Assembly: GCA_051362555.1 (NCBI GenBank)
Contig: CM120641.1
Span: forward strand, 22,320,001-22,384,000
Reading direction: 5' to 3'
DNA: 64,000 nt
Origin: Lingula anatina
Lineage: Eukaryota > Animalia > Brachiopoda
Position numbers and translations under genes: made by a program. The notes beneath the pieces were generated by a model. The model was not told where the DNA came from. It was given only the letters and a program-made list of their open reading frames with translations, and ran no database searches. Numbering within the stretch: position 1 is the first letter of the stretch; each line of letters opens with the position of its first letter. Below, in pieces: positions 41,463-51,840 of this stretch.

Positions 41463-41855
41463 TGGTCCCCTCTTGGAATTTGACTAGCTGAATCATAGTT
41501 TTAAACCATTCCAAATGGCACCGGTTGCCGTCTTACGTACCAAATTTTTTCGGGGCCCGAACCCCACGCCAAGTGGGGGGAGGGGGGTCGACTTCCCATC
41601 TGGGGACCCCCCCCTTCAAATAATCCTGGATCGGCCCCTCAAGACTGTTAGGAATTGTTCCTTGTAACTTTCCTTTAAGATGCAAGAAAATAGAATAATA
41701 CGTAGTATCAATAAAGGAATACATATACAGGGGCGGATCGAGAATTATTTGAAGGGGGGGACTGCTGATGCAAAGCCGGCCCTCCCCCCCCCCCCCCCCC
41801 AACAGTGTAGAACTATGATTTAACTAGTCAAAATTCTAATTTCAGGAGGGGACCA
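41463..41855. mobile_element. Two inverted copies of an AGGGGCGGATCC-terminated MITE-like family (41463..41639 and 41729..41855)
   Basis: CCCCCCCTTCAAATAATCCTGGATCGGCCCCT is the near reverse complement of AGGGGCGGATCGAGAATTATTTGAAGGGGGGG; TTTGACTAGCTGAATCATAGTT pairs with AACTATGATTTAACTAGTCAAA. Related fragments at ~50676 and ~55751..55797. Confidence 0.7.
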
Positions 41856-41909
41856 TTGGTGTGATTTTTTTTTTTTTTTTTTTGGAAAGCGAAGGGGGTG
41901 TCAGGGTCC

Positions 41910-42150
41910 CCCTGCGTCTGTCATCCCGACGTCGTTGCTATCGTCATCACCATGTACTTTAACCAATAATGTGATAATTAGTGGAAAACCATTTTATCTT
42001 TTGGCTTGAAACTTACAGAACTGATAAATATTCGTAATATGCAGGTCAAGTTAAAAAAATCAGCATGATGGGGCCATTTTCTTAAAAGTTATGCTGTTTT
42101 TTTTTTCATTTTTTTTTCAGTATACATGCAACACCGATAACACTATAAAT
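41910..42150 (+). mobile_element. Degenerate fragment of the HINE family at 15095..16929, opposite orientation
   Basis: CCTGCGTCTGTC...GCAGGTCAAGTT..AAAATCAGCATG..TTATGCTGTTT matches the reverse complement of ~16690..16887. Confidence 0.75.
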
Positions 42151-42556
42151 GGAAAAATATTTTACATTGAACTCTCATGGTCCCGAAACTAAATTCTTAT
42201 TGTCCATGTTACCTGTTGTTCATGATTAAAATTTTGTGTTGATTGACTGTGCTATTATAAGCATTATTTATTATTACATCAAAATTGACAAAATGACATT
42301 TTCTGCATCTTTATTTTCTGCTTTTTGTCGTGTACTTTTGACAACTTTGCTGGCTTGTTTTCAAACATACCGTTTTTTTTTTTTAATGTGTTTTTTCCTG
42401 CACATTTAGGCATGACCCATTTAAAATATCATGGTAAATACACTTGCTGAAAGTGAAAATAGAAGCTAGATGATAGTTCTCTGAAGTAGATACAGAAAAT
42501 TGGTTGGTGGTGTTACAGCAACAAACTGTTTATCCCAAATTCGGTTCATCTTCCTA

Positions 42557-42785
42557 GGCCCCATTCCCATAGACACCATCGGTCCAGACTGATCCAACTA
42601 TCCAGGGACTCACACTGAGTGCAATAAACTGAAATGAATGACATGCTCCCTCCTTGCATTAAGTAGAATACAGAAAAAGTAGTGATTATAAGAGTATGTC
42701 ATTCAGTTAAGCTAATTGCATTCAGCAAGTCTCTGCATAGTTGGATTGATCTATGTAGACCGCTGGTGTTTATGGGAATGGGGTC
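42557..42785. mobile_element. PIF/Harbinger-like MITE (229 bp, long foldback), same terminal family
   Basis: TIRs GGCCCCATTCCCATAGACACC / GGTGTTTATGGGAATGGGGTC; flanks CTA/TTA; extensive internal inverted symmetry. Confidence 0.85.
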
Positions 42786-43478
42786 TTAGACTACATTTTC
42801 TCAAGAAAAGAAGGTGGTCTGAGAAAAGAATGACTCCATTACGTAAATTGCAATTTTTTTTTTTTAATTTTAATTAGCATTGACCACTTACAAAATGAAA
42901 ATATTTATCTGTGCAATACAGATAGCAGAGTTTTACAAGTGTAACATATTAAACAGATTGTCCACCTAGGTTTGAAGAAAGGTAACTCAGTTATGACATG
43001 ACATGAACCTTCCTGACTCCATTTCAAAACATGATATCTACCTTTCACGTCCGTACCCCATTGTTAAGTCACAACCAGCTGTGCACATGTGACGACTTAA
43101 CATCAATGCAAAATCCCAAAACACAGGCCATCGACGCATATTTGACAACAGTAATCGGCCAATCAGAGGCCTAGAATTCTACAAAAGTAATAATAAAATT
43201 GAGATTCATCTGAAGAGCTCATTTATGACAATTGATGCAATTGCATTGACTGAGACAATAACATTCCAAATATTGGATGGAATATGACTGTTTTATAATA
43301 AAAACAAAGGATGTAGATTGTCCCTGGCTGTTAAATCATAGCCTAAATTCTGTTATGCCATGCATTAAAAAAGAAGTCCGTCTGCCAGGGGTTTGTGAAC
43401 ATAACTGATAAACCATACTCTTGTTTCTTTCCTCAAATAGTGTTAATAAGGCATCAATAATAATATTATACAATATAC

Positions 43479-43540
43479 AATAGCATATTGTATAATATTA
43501 TTATACAATATTGTATAATAATATTATACAATATGCTATT
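43479..43540. repeat. Perfect 62-bp AT-rich palindrome
   Basis: AATAGCATATTGTATAATATTATTATACAAT followed immediately by its exact reverse complement. Confidence 0.95.
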
Positions 43541-43786
43541 TCACAGTGTAGTTGAATATAAATTAACTTTCATTTCCTCATTAAATAATCTTTTGAAGAA
43601 AAGCTTCTTGCTCAGATAGGAATTTAAAAATTAGATGTCCTTCTTTTGCGAACCAATACCAGACACAATGAAGCTTTTGATGTAAAAGAACAACTATGAT
43701 TACCTTTATATTTTCCCCTCTAAGAAAACAAGGCAGTTTTAATTGCCCCACCTGATAAAAATATAAGCAAATATCTTTCAAATCTA

Positions 43787-43962
43787 TTATCCATTTTCTA
43801 TAAACATCTCTTCATACAAAGGAGATGGGTGGAATTCAATATCTTCTCTCTTTTTATGCATGTCTTTTATAATCTGCTGATGTTGTATACTGATCAATCG
43901 CAGGACTGGAAGCTGCAGAAGAATGAGTCCATACCGCTGTAGACTGTTCTCTGGAGACATCT
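43787..43962 (-). CDS. Gene B last exon (H10-H12, AF-2, stop)
   Basis: Pyrimidine-rich tttag acceptor; (K)[57 protein letters not shown]. Confidence 0.88.
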
Positions 43963-46900
43963 CTAAACAGAGGAAGGAAAGGGTTATTGCACCAGGAATA
44001 AGCTAAGTGATCTAACAATGTAAAGGTCACCTGAATATATTCTATAAATGAAAACACAGTTACTGCAACTGAAAACAGCATGGGTAAAATGACAAACCAT
44101 TTCCTTTGCTAGAAAAATATCATAATGAAAATTTTGTTAATTCCCGTAGTAATCATAAGTCCCCAGAAAGTGGTGTTCTCCTTTAACAGCAATGCTCTCC
44201 ATCAACATATCTCCCCAGCAGTTTTAGAGTTTCATAATATAGTACTGGTACTTACTGAACAAATACTCATAAAGTCCTGCTGAAATCTTTTCTTGTATAT
44301 CATTTATCTTTTTCTCATTTTCATACTCTCCTTCATCTACAATATTAAAGGAAAGGGCGCCATGAGAACAAAGAAATCACTAAAAAAGTATTTTTATCAA
44401 AATGGCCATACATATAAAATGAAGACAATAAACACCATTTCAACAGCAACAAGCTTAAGGCCCTAACAGCAGTATTATATAAATGCTCAGAAGCACAGAC
44501 ATGCTTTGTATAATCTTAATTTTGCATTTGATGCATGTATTGTTAAAATATATATTCTTTAAAACATCAAAGCTAAATAGCTAGCTACCTGAAGAAAATA
44601 ACTGCAGTGCAGTGAAGAACCCCATCTCCTCATTATTCAAATTAAGCAGCTGAATTGCACTCCCTGCAGCATGAAAGTGGTCAACTATGGGTTGGAACTG
44701 AGGGAACAACATCAGGATTTTTTGTTCAATGCGCTTTGGAAAATGAAAGTAACAGTATTCCTTGCTGACGCTATCATATAAAGTTCCAAGTAATGTATGT
44801 ACCAGCTGGTAAATAGAGTTTTGGACCAGACAAATTTGATCCTCAATCGACAGTTCCTTGAAGTCTGAAACAAACAAATAAATATATAAATAAGAGATAT
44901 ATAAAATGGAGAATTGACAATAAATATTTCAAAAAATATACCTGGAAATGAAGAACATACGCTTACTGCTAGGATTTGGAAATGAAGCAGCTGTATTGGA
45001 TATAAAGATCTAAGGAAGTTCTAACAATGTTCTTAAGCAGATTTAGGTCCTGGGCCTGCATAGCCCAATTGCTTGTTTTATTGAAATGAAGACAAGCACA
45101 AAGGTGTGTCATATTTGAGAAGCAAAAACTTTGAGTAAAAAAGTTAATTGAAGTTTAAGCTAAATGTTATTTATGTGTTTGGAACCAAGAAACAAAACAC
45201 ATCAGATGCAGCATTTTCACACATGACAGATTGATCTAAAAATTACACAAAATTCATTTAATTTGCCATTCATTAAATTCAGCAGAGGAAATGAAAAGTG
45301 AGTGGATGTTTCTTGGATACTGCATGTGGTATCATCTTACATGGCAGCTTCTTTGCAAAGGATAGGACACATTTTGCACATTTTTCAAAATTTTCCATCA
45401 TCAGCTGCCATAATTCATCAATTCCCATGTCAGGCAGGTCCACTGGCTGAAAAAAAATTAGCTTTAAGTCGTGTGATTTCACAGTGAGTAACCATTCATT
45501 TGGTGTCAAACATTTAACTAATCATAGTAAGAGATCAATGGTAAGATACAGTAGAGGAATAAGGGGCATAACCACCTTGTGGATATGAATCTAGAGCTGA
45601 GCAGGCACGTCATTAGGTCTCTAGTGACTATGAATAGCAATAATAACTTAAATAGGATTTCTACATTAAACTTCACAACAAATGCTTAATAATTGCACAC
45701 TAGATTTACCCCTCAGCTATAAATCATAGAAAGCCTTAGAATTAAATTAACATTTGTCAACTTAATTTAATGTTTTCGGTAATCCAGGAAGGGAAGCTAT
45801 TTCTTGTAATTACAACAGCAGCCTCAACAGGAGCAGACATAAGGAAGGCATTGAGTATCTACGGTTGGAAATTATGTTTACAATAAGTAAAACTATCATA
45901 GTTTACAGAAATACACCTTAAGAAGCTCTAGATCTGTACAATGCAACAATAAACACAACTGAGAAACTCACTAATTCATTTCTTTGCAACCTCTTCAGTT
46001 CTTCAAAAGCCTCACTCAAAACTTGAACCAATTCCTCTAAGGCAGAATCTTCAATCACAACTGGTTCCTCTTCATCTTCCTGGGGTTCCTTGATTAGCAA
46101 AGATGCTAGATCTTCCTTCGGTGCCACTGGTTCTACATCACCTTCCTTAGGTTCCTTGTCTAGAACAGCTGTTGTAGCAGATGATGTAGATGGCGCCAGT
46201 GACACAGATGTAGTTTGCTCCAGTGATGTTGTGCTGACAGGCACTGGGGACGGATGCGAGGGTGGTTTCAGACTCTGGTGGTCTACTGCATGATGCATCT
46301 GCTTCAGTTCTAACATTGCTGCATGCTTAAATGCATTTGGTTGACGACCAATTCTACTACCTGGAACATGCAGGAAGACCTCGTCTTCAGTCTGTATTAT
46401 AGTCATCTTTTTTTTTCCACTTGAGTATAGATTAACCTGGTAACTACAACAGGCACATTATTACTTTAACTGGTAATTATACTGCCCAGATGGCTCTACT
46501 AGAAGAGTGCTTGTCCCCAGTGCACCATCTCATTGGTTTGTTTCCGATGGACGGCTGATCTCAAAGACCACCATAAAAATTATACCTGCTATCGCCACAC
46601 ATACAGTCTCTTTATATGATAAAATGGAAAAATATCATCTTTTTGAAAACTTACCATCAACTTTCATGCCAACACTAAGACACTTTTTATAACGACAGTA
46701 TTTGCAGATGTTTCTTGTTGTTTCTGTGATGGAACACTGCTGACGTTTGCTACAAGAGTAGTAGTTGTCTCTCTCACGTACTGTTCGCCTAAAAAAGCCC
46801 TGAAAGAAGAAAGAATCTACAAATGTATTCTATATACGGGAATTCCTTCTATGAAGTGCTGAAAGCAAATTCCTGGCACTTCAATTTCACTTATGAGTGA

Positions 46901-49900
46901 TGTTTGGATTTCCAGTAAAATAAAGAACAACTTTCTCCAACAGCAGTCTTACTTAAGAATTACTTTGCAATACAGATGACTCGATGTTAAAGGCCCTCTC
47001 CATGAATTTATCTGCCAAAATAAATTTATGTCAAGAAAAGGGCAATTATTTCCTGCTCAGAAATCATTACTCAACCCCTTCCCCCTACAAGCTTCACTTA
47101 AAAAGAGTTTATGTCCCTTCTTTACACACACCCATATCATGCATAATTTGAAGGCAAAGTTCAGGATCTCTTTGTCATATTAGCCCCAAGTAGCAAGTAG
47201 TAATAAACCCATGAAAACTGACAAAATCCGCAAAGGCCATCTGGAATTTTGTATAAAGATTGTATAAAAATGTTCCATTTCCATATCAAAGTTAACTAAA
47301 TTGGGGAGAAAGAGCTTTGGAATGATATGCTTTGGGTCTTTCTATAAAGCGGACACTTAATCTGCCAAGTTGGCCTCTTACTGCTCAAATTTGACTGTTT
47401 TTACATCCTTGAAAGAAGAAAGTAGATGGGGCTATCAGCAAAGACTTGGACAGATTCAGGCAATAGCTATATCATTGATGTATAACTTTCTCCCAAATAA
47501 ATTAAGTATTTTTTACAATACTCACTTTACATCCTTCACAGGTGACAGCTCCAAAGTGAAATCCTGATGAAGGTGCCCCACACACACGGCACGGAATATT
47601 GGATATGTCTGCTTCATTTCCTGAGGAGGAGCCTAGGAAAACCATTCAGGTTTATGTTAGATGTGTGTGTGCATGCGTGGATGTGTCCAATACTTTTACT
47701 TTAGTAGTGTGGGGCAAGTAACCATACTTTTTCTAAAACTTATCATAAGCAAAGAGCATTATATAAAATCATATAACACCTAATAAGAGAAAATTTCAAA
47801 ATATAACAAATTAAAAGTTTTTACCATGTTTAGTCATGCCTATTGCAATGCACTTCCTGAAACGACAGTATTGGCAAACTGTCCTCGTTTCTTTGGAAAC
47901 CTGGCACTGGCCTTTCTTTAGACAAGAATATTTCTTGGAATTCTGTTTAAGACTACGCAAATAGAACTTCTGAAATAGTGAAAAAAAAATCCAAACATCA
48001 CTACCATTACTACCTCTTTTTATGAATGTTGATGACATGTACAATATCCTTCAGTACACCTTGAATACAAAATTGGCTATGGAAACACACATATAACACT
48101 GTACTTTGTATGTGAAAAAAATCTCACCTTGCATGCTTCACAAACAAAAGCTCCACAATAGAATCCAGATGACAGGTCCCCGCAGACTTGGCAATGCTTT
48201 CTTTCCCTGCCCTGCTCTGCCTTGGCATTTTCTGTATTGCAACTTACAACCCTATATGGGTCCAAAGACAACCTCTCCCTTGATGAGGAAGAGAACTTCT
48301 GGAGACAAGATGAATTGCAACTGTCCATTTTACTATCATCTTCACTGCAAGTGAAACTTGAGCTATCACTAAGTTCATAAGCTCCACTTAATAGCTTTTT
48401 TGAGTCTTCCCGTTTAGAAATTCTTGTATTAGTTTCTTGATATATTAGTTCATTTGACCTTGTATTTTGTCTTGAGAAAATCTCATGTTGTGAGGTGGAT
48501 CTTGGAAAAAGAGATTTTTGGTTATCATAAAAGCCACTGCTAACCATGGGGACCCTGTCAGTGTTTAGAGGTGAGTACTGCAAGAACTGGAATGATGAAT
48601 CATCAGAAGCAAGATGGCTTCCGATTGGTATACAAGAAGTTTCCTCAGAGTTCAAAGTTCGATCTTTATGCCAGGTCAAAAGATTTGTATTTGTATCTTC
48701 AAAAGAGACAGCACTATAAATTCCAGCATTGTCAACAAAATGATGTGAGTCTGAATAATAGTGCCCTGAAGACGGGGCATAAGATGCTTCTGTGCTTGGA
48801 AAAACTGCATGCTGTTGAGAACGCGAGCGGACATGATCTGAACTATCTGTGCTAATACGAACATCTTTATTGCTGTCTACTGGTAAGGTCTTGCTCAAAT
48901 TTTGGTTGCATTGATGCTTCACATTTGGGTGATTATGCATTTTTGTCTTTACATCTTCTGATTTTCTTTTGTTGAGACTTGCCAACCTTGGAGAATGAGT
49001 AGATACAGTGTTTTGGTTGCTTAACTTGTCATCTGTAAAATAGAATTACAGTACTCTTGTATCCAACCTTTAAAGATTCAAAATTTTATAATTTCAAATT
49101 AAAACAACCTTCCCTCTTTGCTCCTTTTTTCATTAAACATTGAAGCTAATCATAAGAGCAATATGAACAGAAAGGCACAAAGGACTTTTCAGTCCTTTAA
49201 ACTATATTTAGGAATAGAAATTAAATCACATACTGGACACTCATGTACAGATGGATGAGCTCCTATATTTTTCCACATCCCAGTGACTTCCTCAGAGAAC
49301 CTAGCTAATGCATTGTCATTGATGTCAACTGACAAATGGAAAGGCCACCAGGACTCATAGCATCTGCATGTTTGTGTCCAGTACAGGACTTAAGTCAGGC
49401 CCGTAGCCAGGAGGGGTTCAGGGGGTTCGAAAGAACCACCCTTTTTGCTAGGAAAAGGTCCACTCTGGGTAAAATTTGATCTAGGTACATGGAGTTTTTA
49501 TGGAAAAGGTCCACTTTTTCAGAAAAAGAACCCCCCTTTTGAAATTGCTGGCTACGGGCCTGTAAGTGCCATTATTTAATCATTTCAAACTTCAAATGGA
49601 TGAATCAAAACTTTGATAATTTACTTATTGTTAATCTATATACCTCTAATTTTAGAATTTTCATGTACTACCTGTAGTTAAACTGTCATTTTCACGTGCA
49701 CTATGATGGTCAGCTGGAGGTATTTCTTTCTCAGGTCTTCTTTTCCTCAGGTCTGCAGTTTTCAATTGGACTCTTTCAGTTTTCTTTGACATAGTCTGTA
49801 TCTGTTTCCAACACTCATTATTTCCATTGTTTAGAATTGGCTTGTTAGAGAAACCTTCGATAAGATTTTGCCGGCCATTCTTTTGCTTGCTATATCCTGG

Positions 49901-50146
49901 TACTCCATCTTTGCATGATGCCTTCACATAGCCACATAAAGGACACTCTCCAGTTACTGGCCTCAGCTCCAATATATTGGATGTCTTTAACAAGTAAATC
50001 AGTTCTAAAAGATCTAGGTCCCGTGTATGCAAAGACAAATCTGTTTGAACCCATGTCTCTTGCAGACCATACTTTGAGGAAAATCCAGCTGTCACACTGG
50101 CATCCACAGACTGCTGAATACTGGTGGAGTTCATCCTAGCAGACAT
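43787..50146 (-). CDS. Gene B: second 2DBD nuclear receptor, 10 coding exons, 934 aa
   Basis: Exons 49672-50146, 48128-49032, 47825-47969, 47526-47632, 46655-46799, 45972-46360, 45341-45446, 44589-44864, 44256-44336 and 43787-43962 total 2805 nt, in frame. P-boxes CEACKK and [31 protein letters not shown]-2 LYEEMF. The first exon is the least certain. Confidence 0.93.
44256..44336 (-). CDS. Gene B 81-nt LBD H9 exon
   Basis: (D)[26 protein letters not shown]; gtag acceptor, gtaagt donor. Confidence 0.88.
44589..44864 (-). CDS. Gene B LBD H4-H8 exon
   Basis: (Y)[16 protein letters not shown]...[16 protein letters not shown]. Confidence 0.92.
45341..45446 (-). CDS. Gene B LBD H3 exon
   Basis: [35 protein letters not shown]; tttcag acceptor, gtaag donor. 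Confidence 0.92.
45972..46360 (-). CDS. Gene B CTE/hinge/H1 exon
   Basis: (G)[20 protein letters not shown]...[14 protein letters not shown]; gtgagt donor. Confidence 0.92.
46655..46799 (-). CDS. Gene B DBD2 second zinc finger exon
   Basis: [48 protein letters not shown](G). Confidence 0.97.
47526..47632 (-). CDS. Gene B linker and DBD2 first zinc finger exon
   Basis: (G)[35 protein letters not shown]; gtgagt donor; a second in-frame acceptor would start the exon at 47620. Confidence 0.95.
47825..47969 (-). CDS. Gene B DBD1 second zinc finger exon
   Basis: [48 protein letters not shown](G). Confidence 0.97.
48128..49032 (-). CDS. Gene B A/B domain and DBD1 first zinc finger exon
   Basis: ttttacag acceptor, open frame through ...[23 protein letters not shown], gtgaga donor. 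Confidence 0.92.
49396..49562. mobile_element. 167-bp MITE with perfect 15-bp TIRs and TAAGT flanking duplication (gene B intron)
   Basis: CAGGCCCGTAGCCAG ... CTGGCTACGGGCCTG; TAAGT at 49391..49395 and 49563..49567. Confidence 0.9.
49672..50146 (-). CDS. Gene B probable first coding exon (N-terminal A/B region)
   Basis: ORF 49661..50146 has an in-frame TGA just before the ATG; a phase-1 donor (gtagta) matches the phase of the next exon. No homology support. Confidence 0.65.
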
Positions 50147-50354
50147 GCCTCAATGGTACATCTCTTTCTTTGAGCCCACGGAGAACAGCCACTTGTCTAT
50201 ATGCAGCTTTTCTACCAAGCAGGGCAAACATGGTATCAGTTAGCACATTACTCTAGTTGAGGATAAATGTAAATGATGCAACTCTGATAATAATGATAAA
50301 TAAAAAATAATTTAATGAAAAACTATTACATACTATTTCAATATTGTACAAACG

Positions 50355-50520
50355 AGGGGTTTAGCCAGATTTAAAAATAAGGGAGTCCAAAAATTATTTT
50401 CTTTCTGAGAGAGGACATCTAGGCTATACATGTATCTGCTAATAATTATAAAAAAAGGCTGTTCAAAACAAAATTAGGGAGTCCAAAAGACAATTGGACT
50501 GTTGCCTGGCTAATGCCTTG
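50355..50520. mobile_element. Degenerate MITE-like element
   Basis: GAGGGGTTTAGCCAG ... CTGGCTAATGCCTTG ends; internal AGGGAGTCCAAAA occurs twice. Confidence 0.5.
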
Positions 50521-51669
50521 ACACAAACTTATCTCACACCCGTTTTCTATAGATCTTTCTTTATTTGACGACACAACAGCCAGTGTGTGGGACCATACAG
50601 AACGAGTTAGGTCACAAAAGCAACTGTGCTCTTACAACTCAGGGACTCATGCTGAATGCTATCATATAAACCTAAGGGGCGGATCCAGAGATATTTTCTG
50701 GCAGTCTTCCAAATTATCTTTGTTGAACCATCCTCAATTTTTCACTGTCTTCTCACAGAAAAAATTCCATGCCCATCAATGTAAACTTCTGACCGTTTTC
50801 CAGAAGACTCAGAAGACAGCTTCTGTCCAACCCTGAACATGCCATGAGAAAAGTAGCAAAATCATACACTGAAACCCCAAATGAATCACTTTTATATAAA
50901 GTGCTAATTGTAAATCTTTGCAAGACACAGGTATTGATACATACAAGTACTTAAATACTGCAATAAAGATGTAAAACACATGGCTGATCCTGGGAATAAA
51001 TACATTCAATTGTGTAACTTTTCACATTTTGGCGTCTAATAAAACAATATGTTTGAAAACAATACATTTTAGATAAAACCTTAAATCTATTGCCTTACTG
51101 CCAATACCTGAATGTAGGATTTACCAGCTGGAAGCACAACTAGGATATATCACCCACAATCTACAGAACTGCAACAAAATCTCACTGGTTCATATGCTCA
51201 ATGAAATATATTTTGATCAGTAAGTTCACACTTTTTTTTATTCTGTTAATTATACGGACAATCGGATTACAAATGGATAAAAATCTATGTATTGCTAGCT
51301 GTACATAACTGCGGAATCCGTGTTAATGAAGAGCAACACTAATCCTCAATACAGCTAACTGTCAATATCAGTTCTGTAATACCTACAGTGGTTGCATGTT
51401 CATTAATTCTATATTTAGTCAACAGCGTGTGATTTGTCATAAAAGGCATTATTAATTTGGTCAGGATGGAGACACCAGAAAGTATACTTTACATGTAAAA
51501 TGGTGGAATAGGATTCCATTCTTCTGAGTGAGAAACAACTCAGACCAATTTTATGGCTGTTTCTGTACCATGCAAATAACAAATCTTACCCATTCTCTGT
51601 GGTTAACAAGGTGGCAAACATCTCAAATATACAGAAAAAATAATGATGACAGTGCACTTAATAGGATTT

Positions 51670-51840
51670 TTGTGAATTCTGATGCAATATAACATAACAT
51701 ATTTCAGCAGAATCACCACCAATTTTCAATTGTTTTGCTATTTATGTGAACATACAGAAAATGTAAGTAGCATAGGGTTCAGGCCCATGGGAGATTTAAG
51801 CCACACTTAGAAATTGCCTGTGAGTGAAAAATGAAAATTG
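51670..51840. mobile_element. Fragment of the internal repeat of the HINE family
   Basis: ATTCTGATGCAATAT.ACATAA...CAGAAAATGT...TTCAGGCCCATGG...CACACTT.GAAA.TGCC matches ~15470..15630. Confidence 0.7.

Noticed and set aside
43581-44081. ORFs 43581..43781 and 43854..44081 as the last exon of gene B
   Set aside because: Wrong frame; the phase-correct exon 43787..43962 gives H10-H12 with AF-2 LYEEMF.
20298-50146. A single four-DBD gene, or a pseudogene copy
   Set aside because: Each unit has its own ATG, LBD, AF-2 and stop, with an uninterrupted frame.
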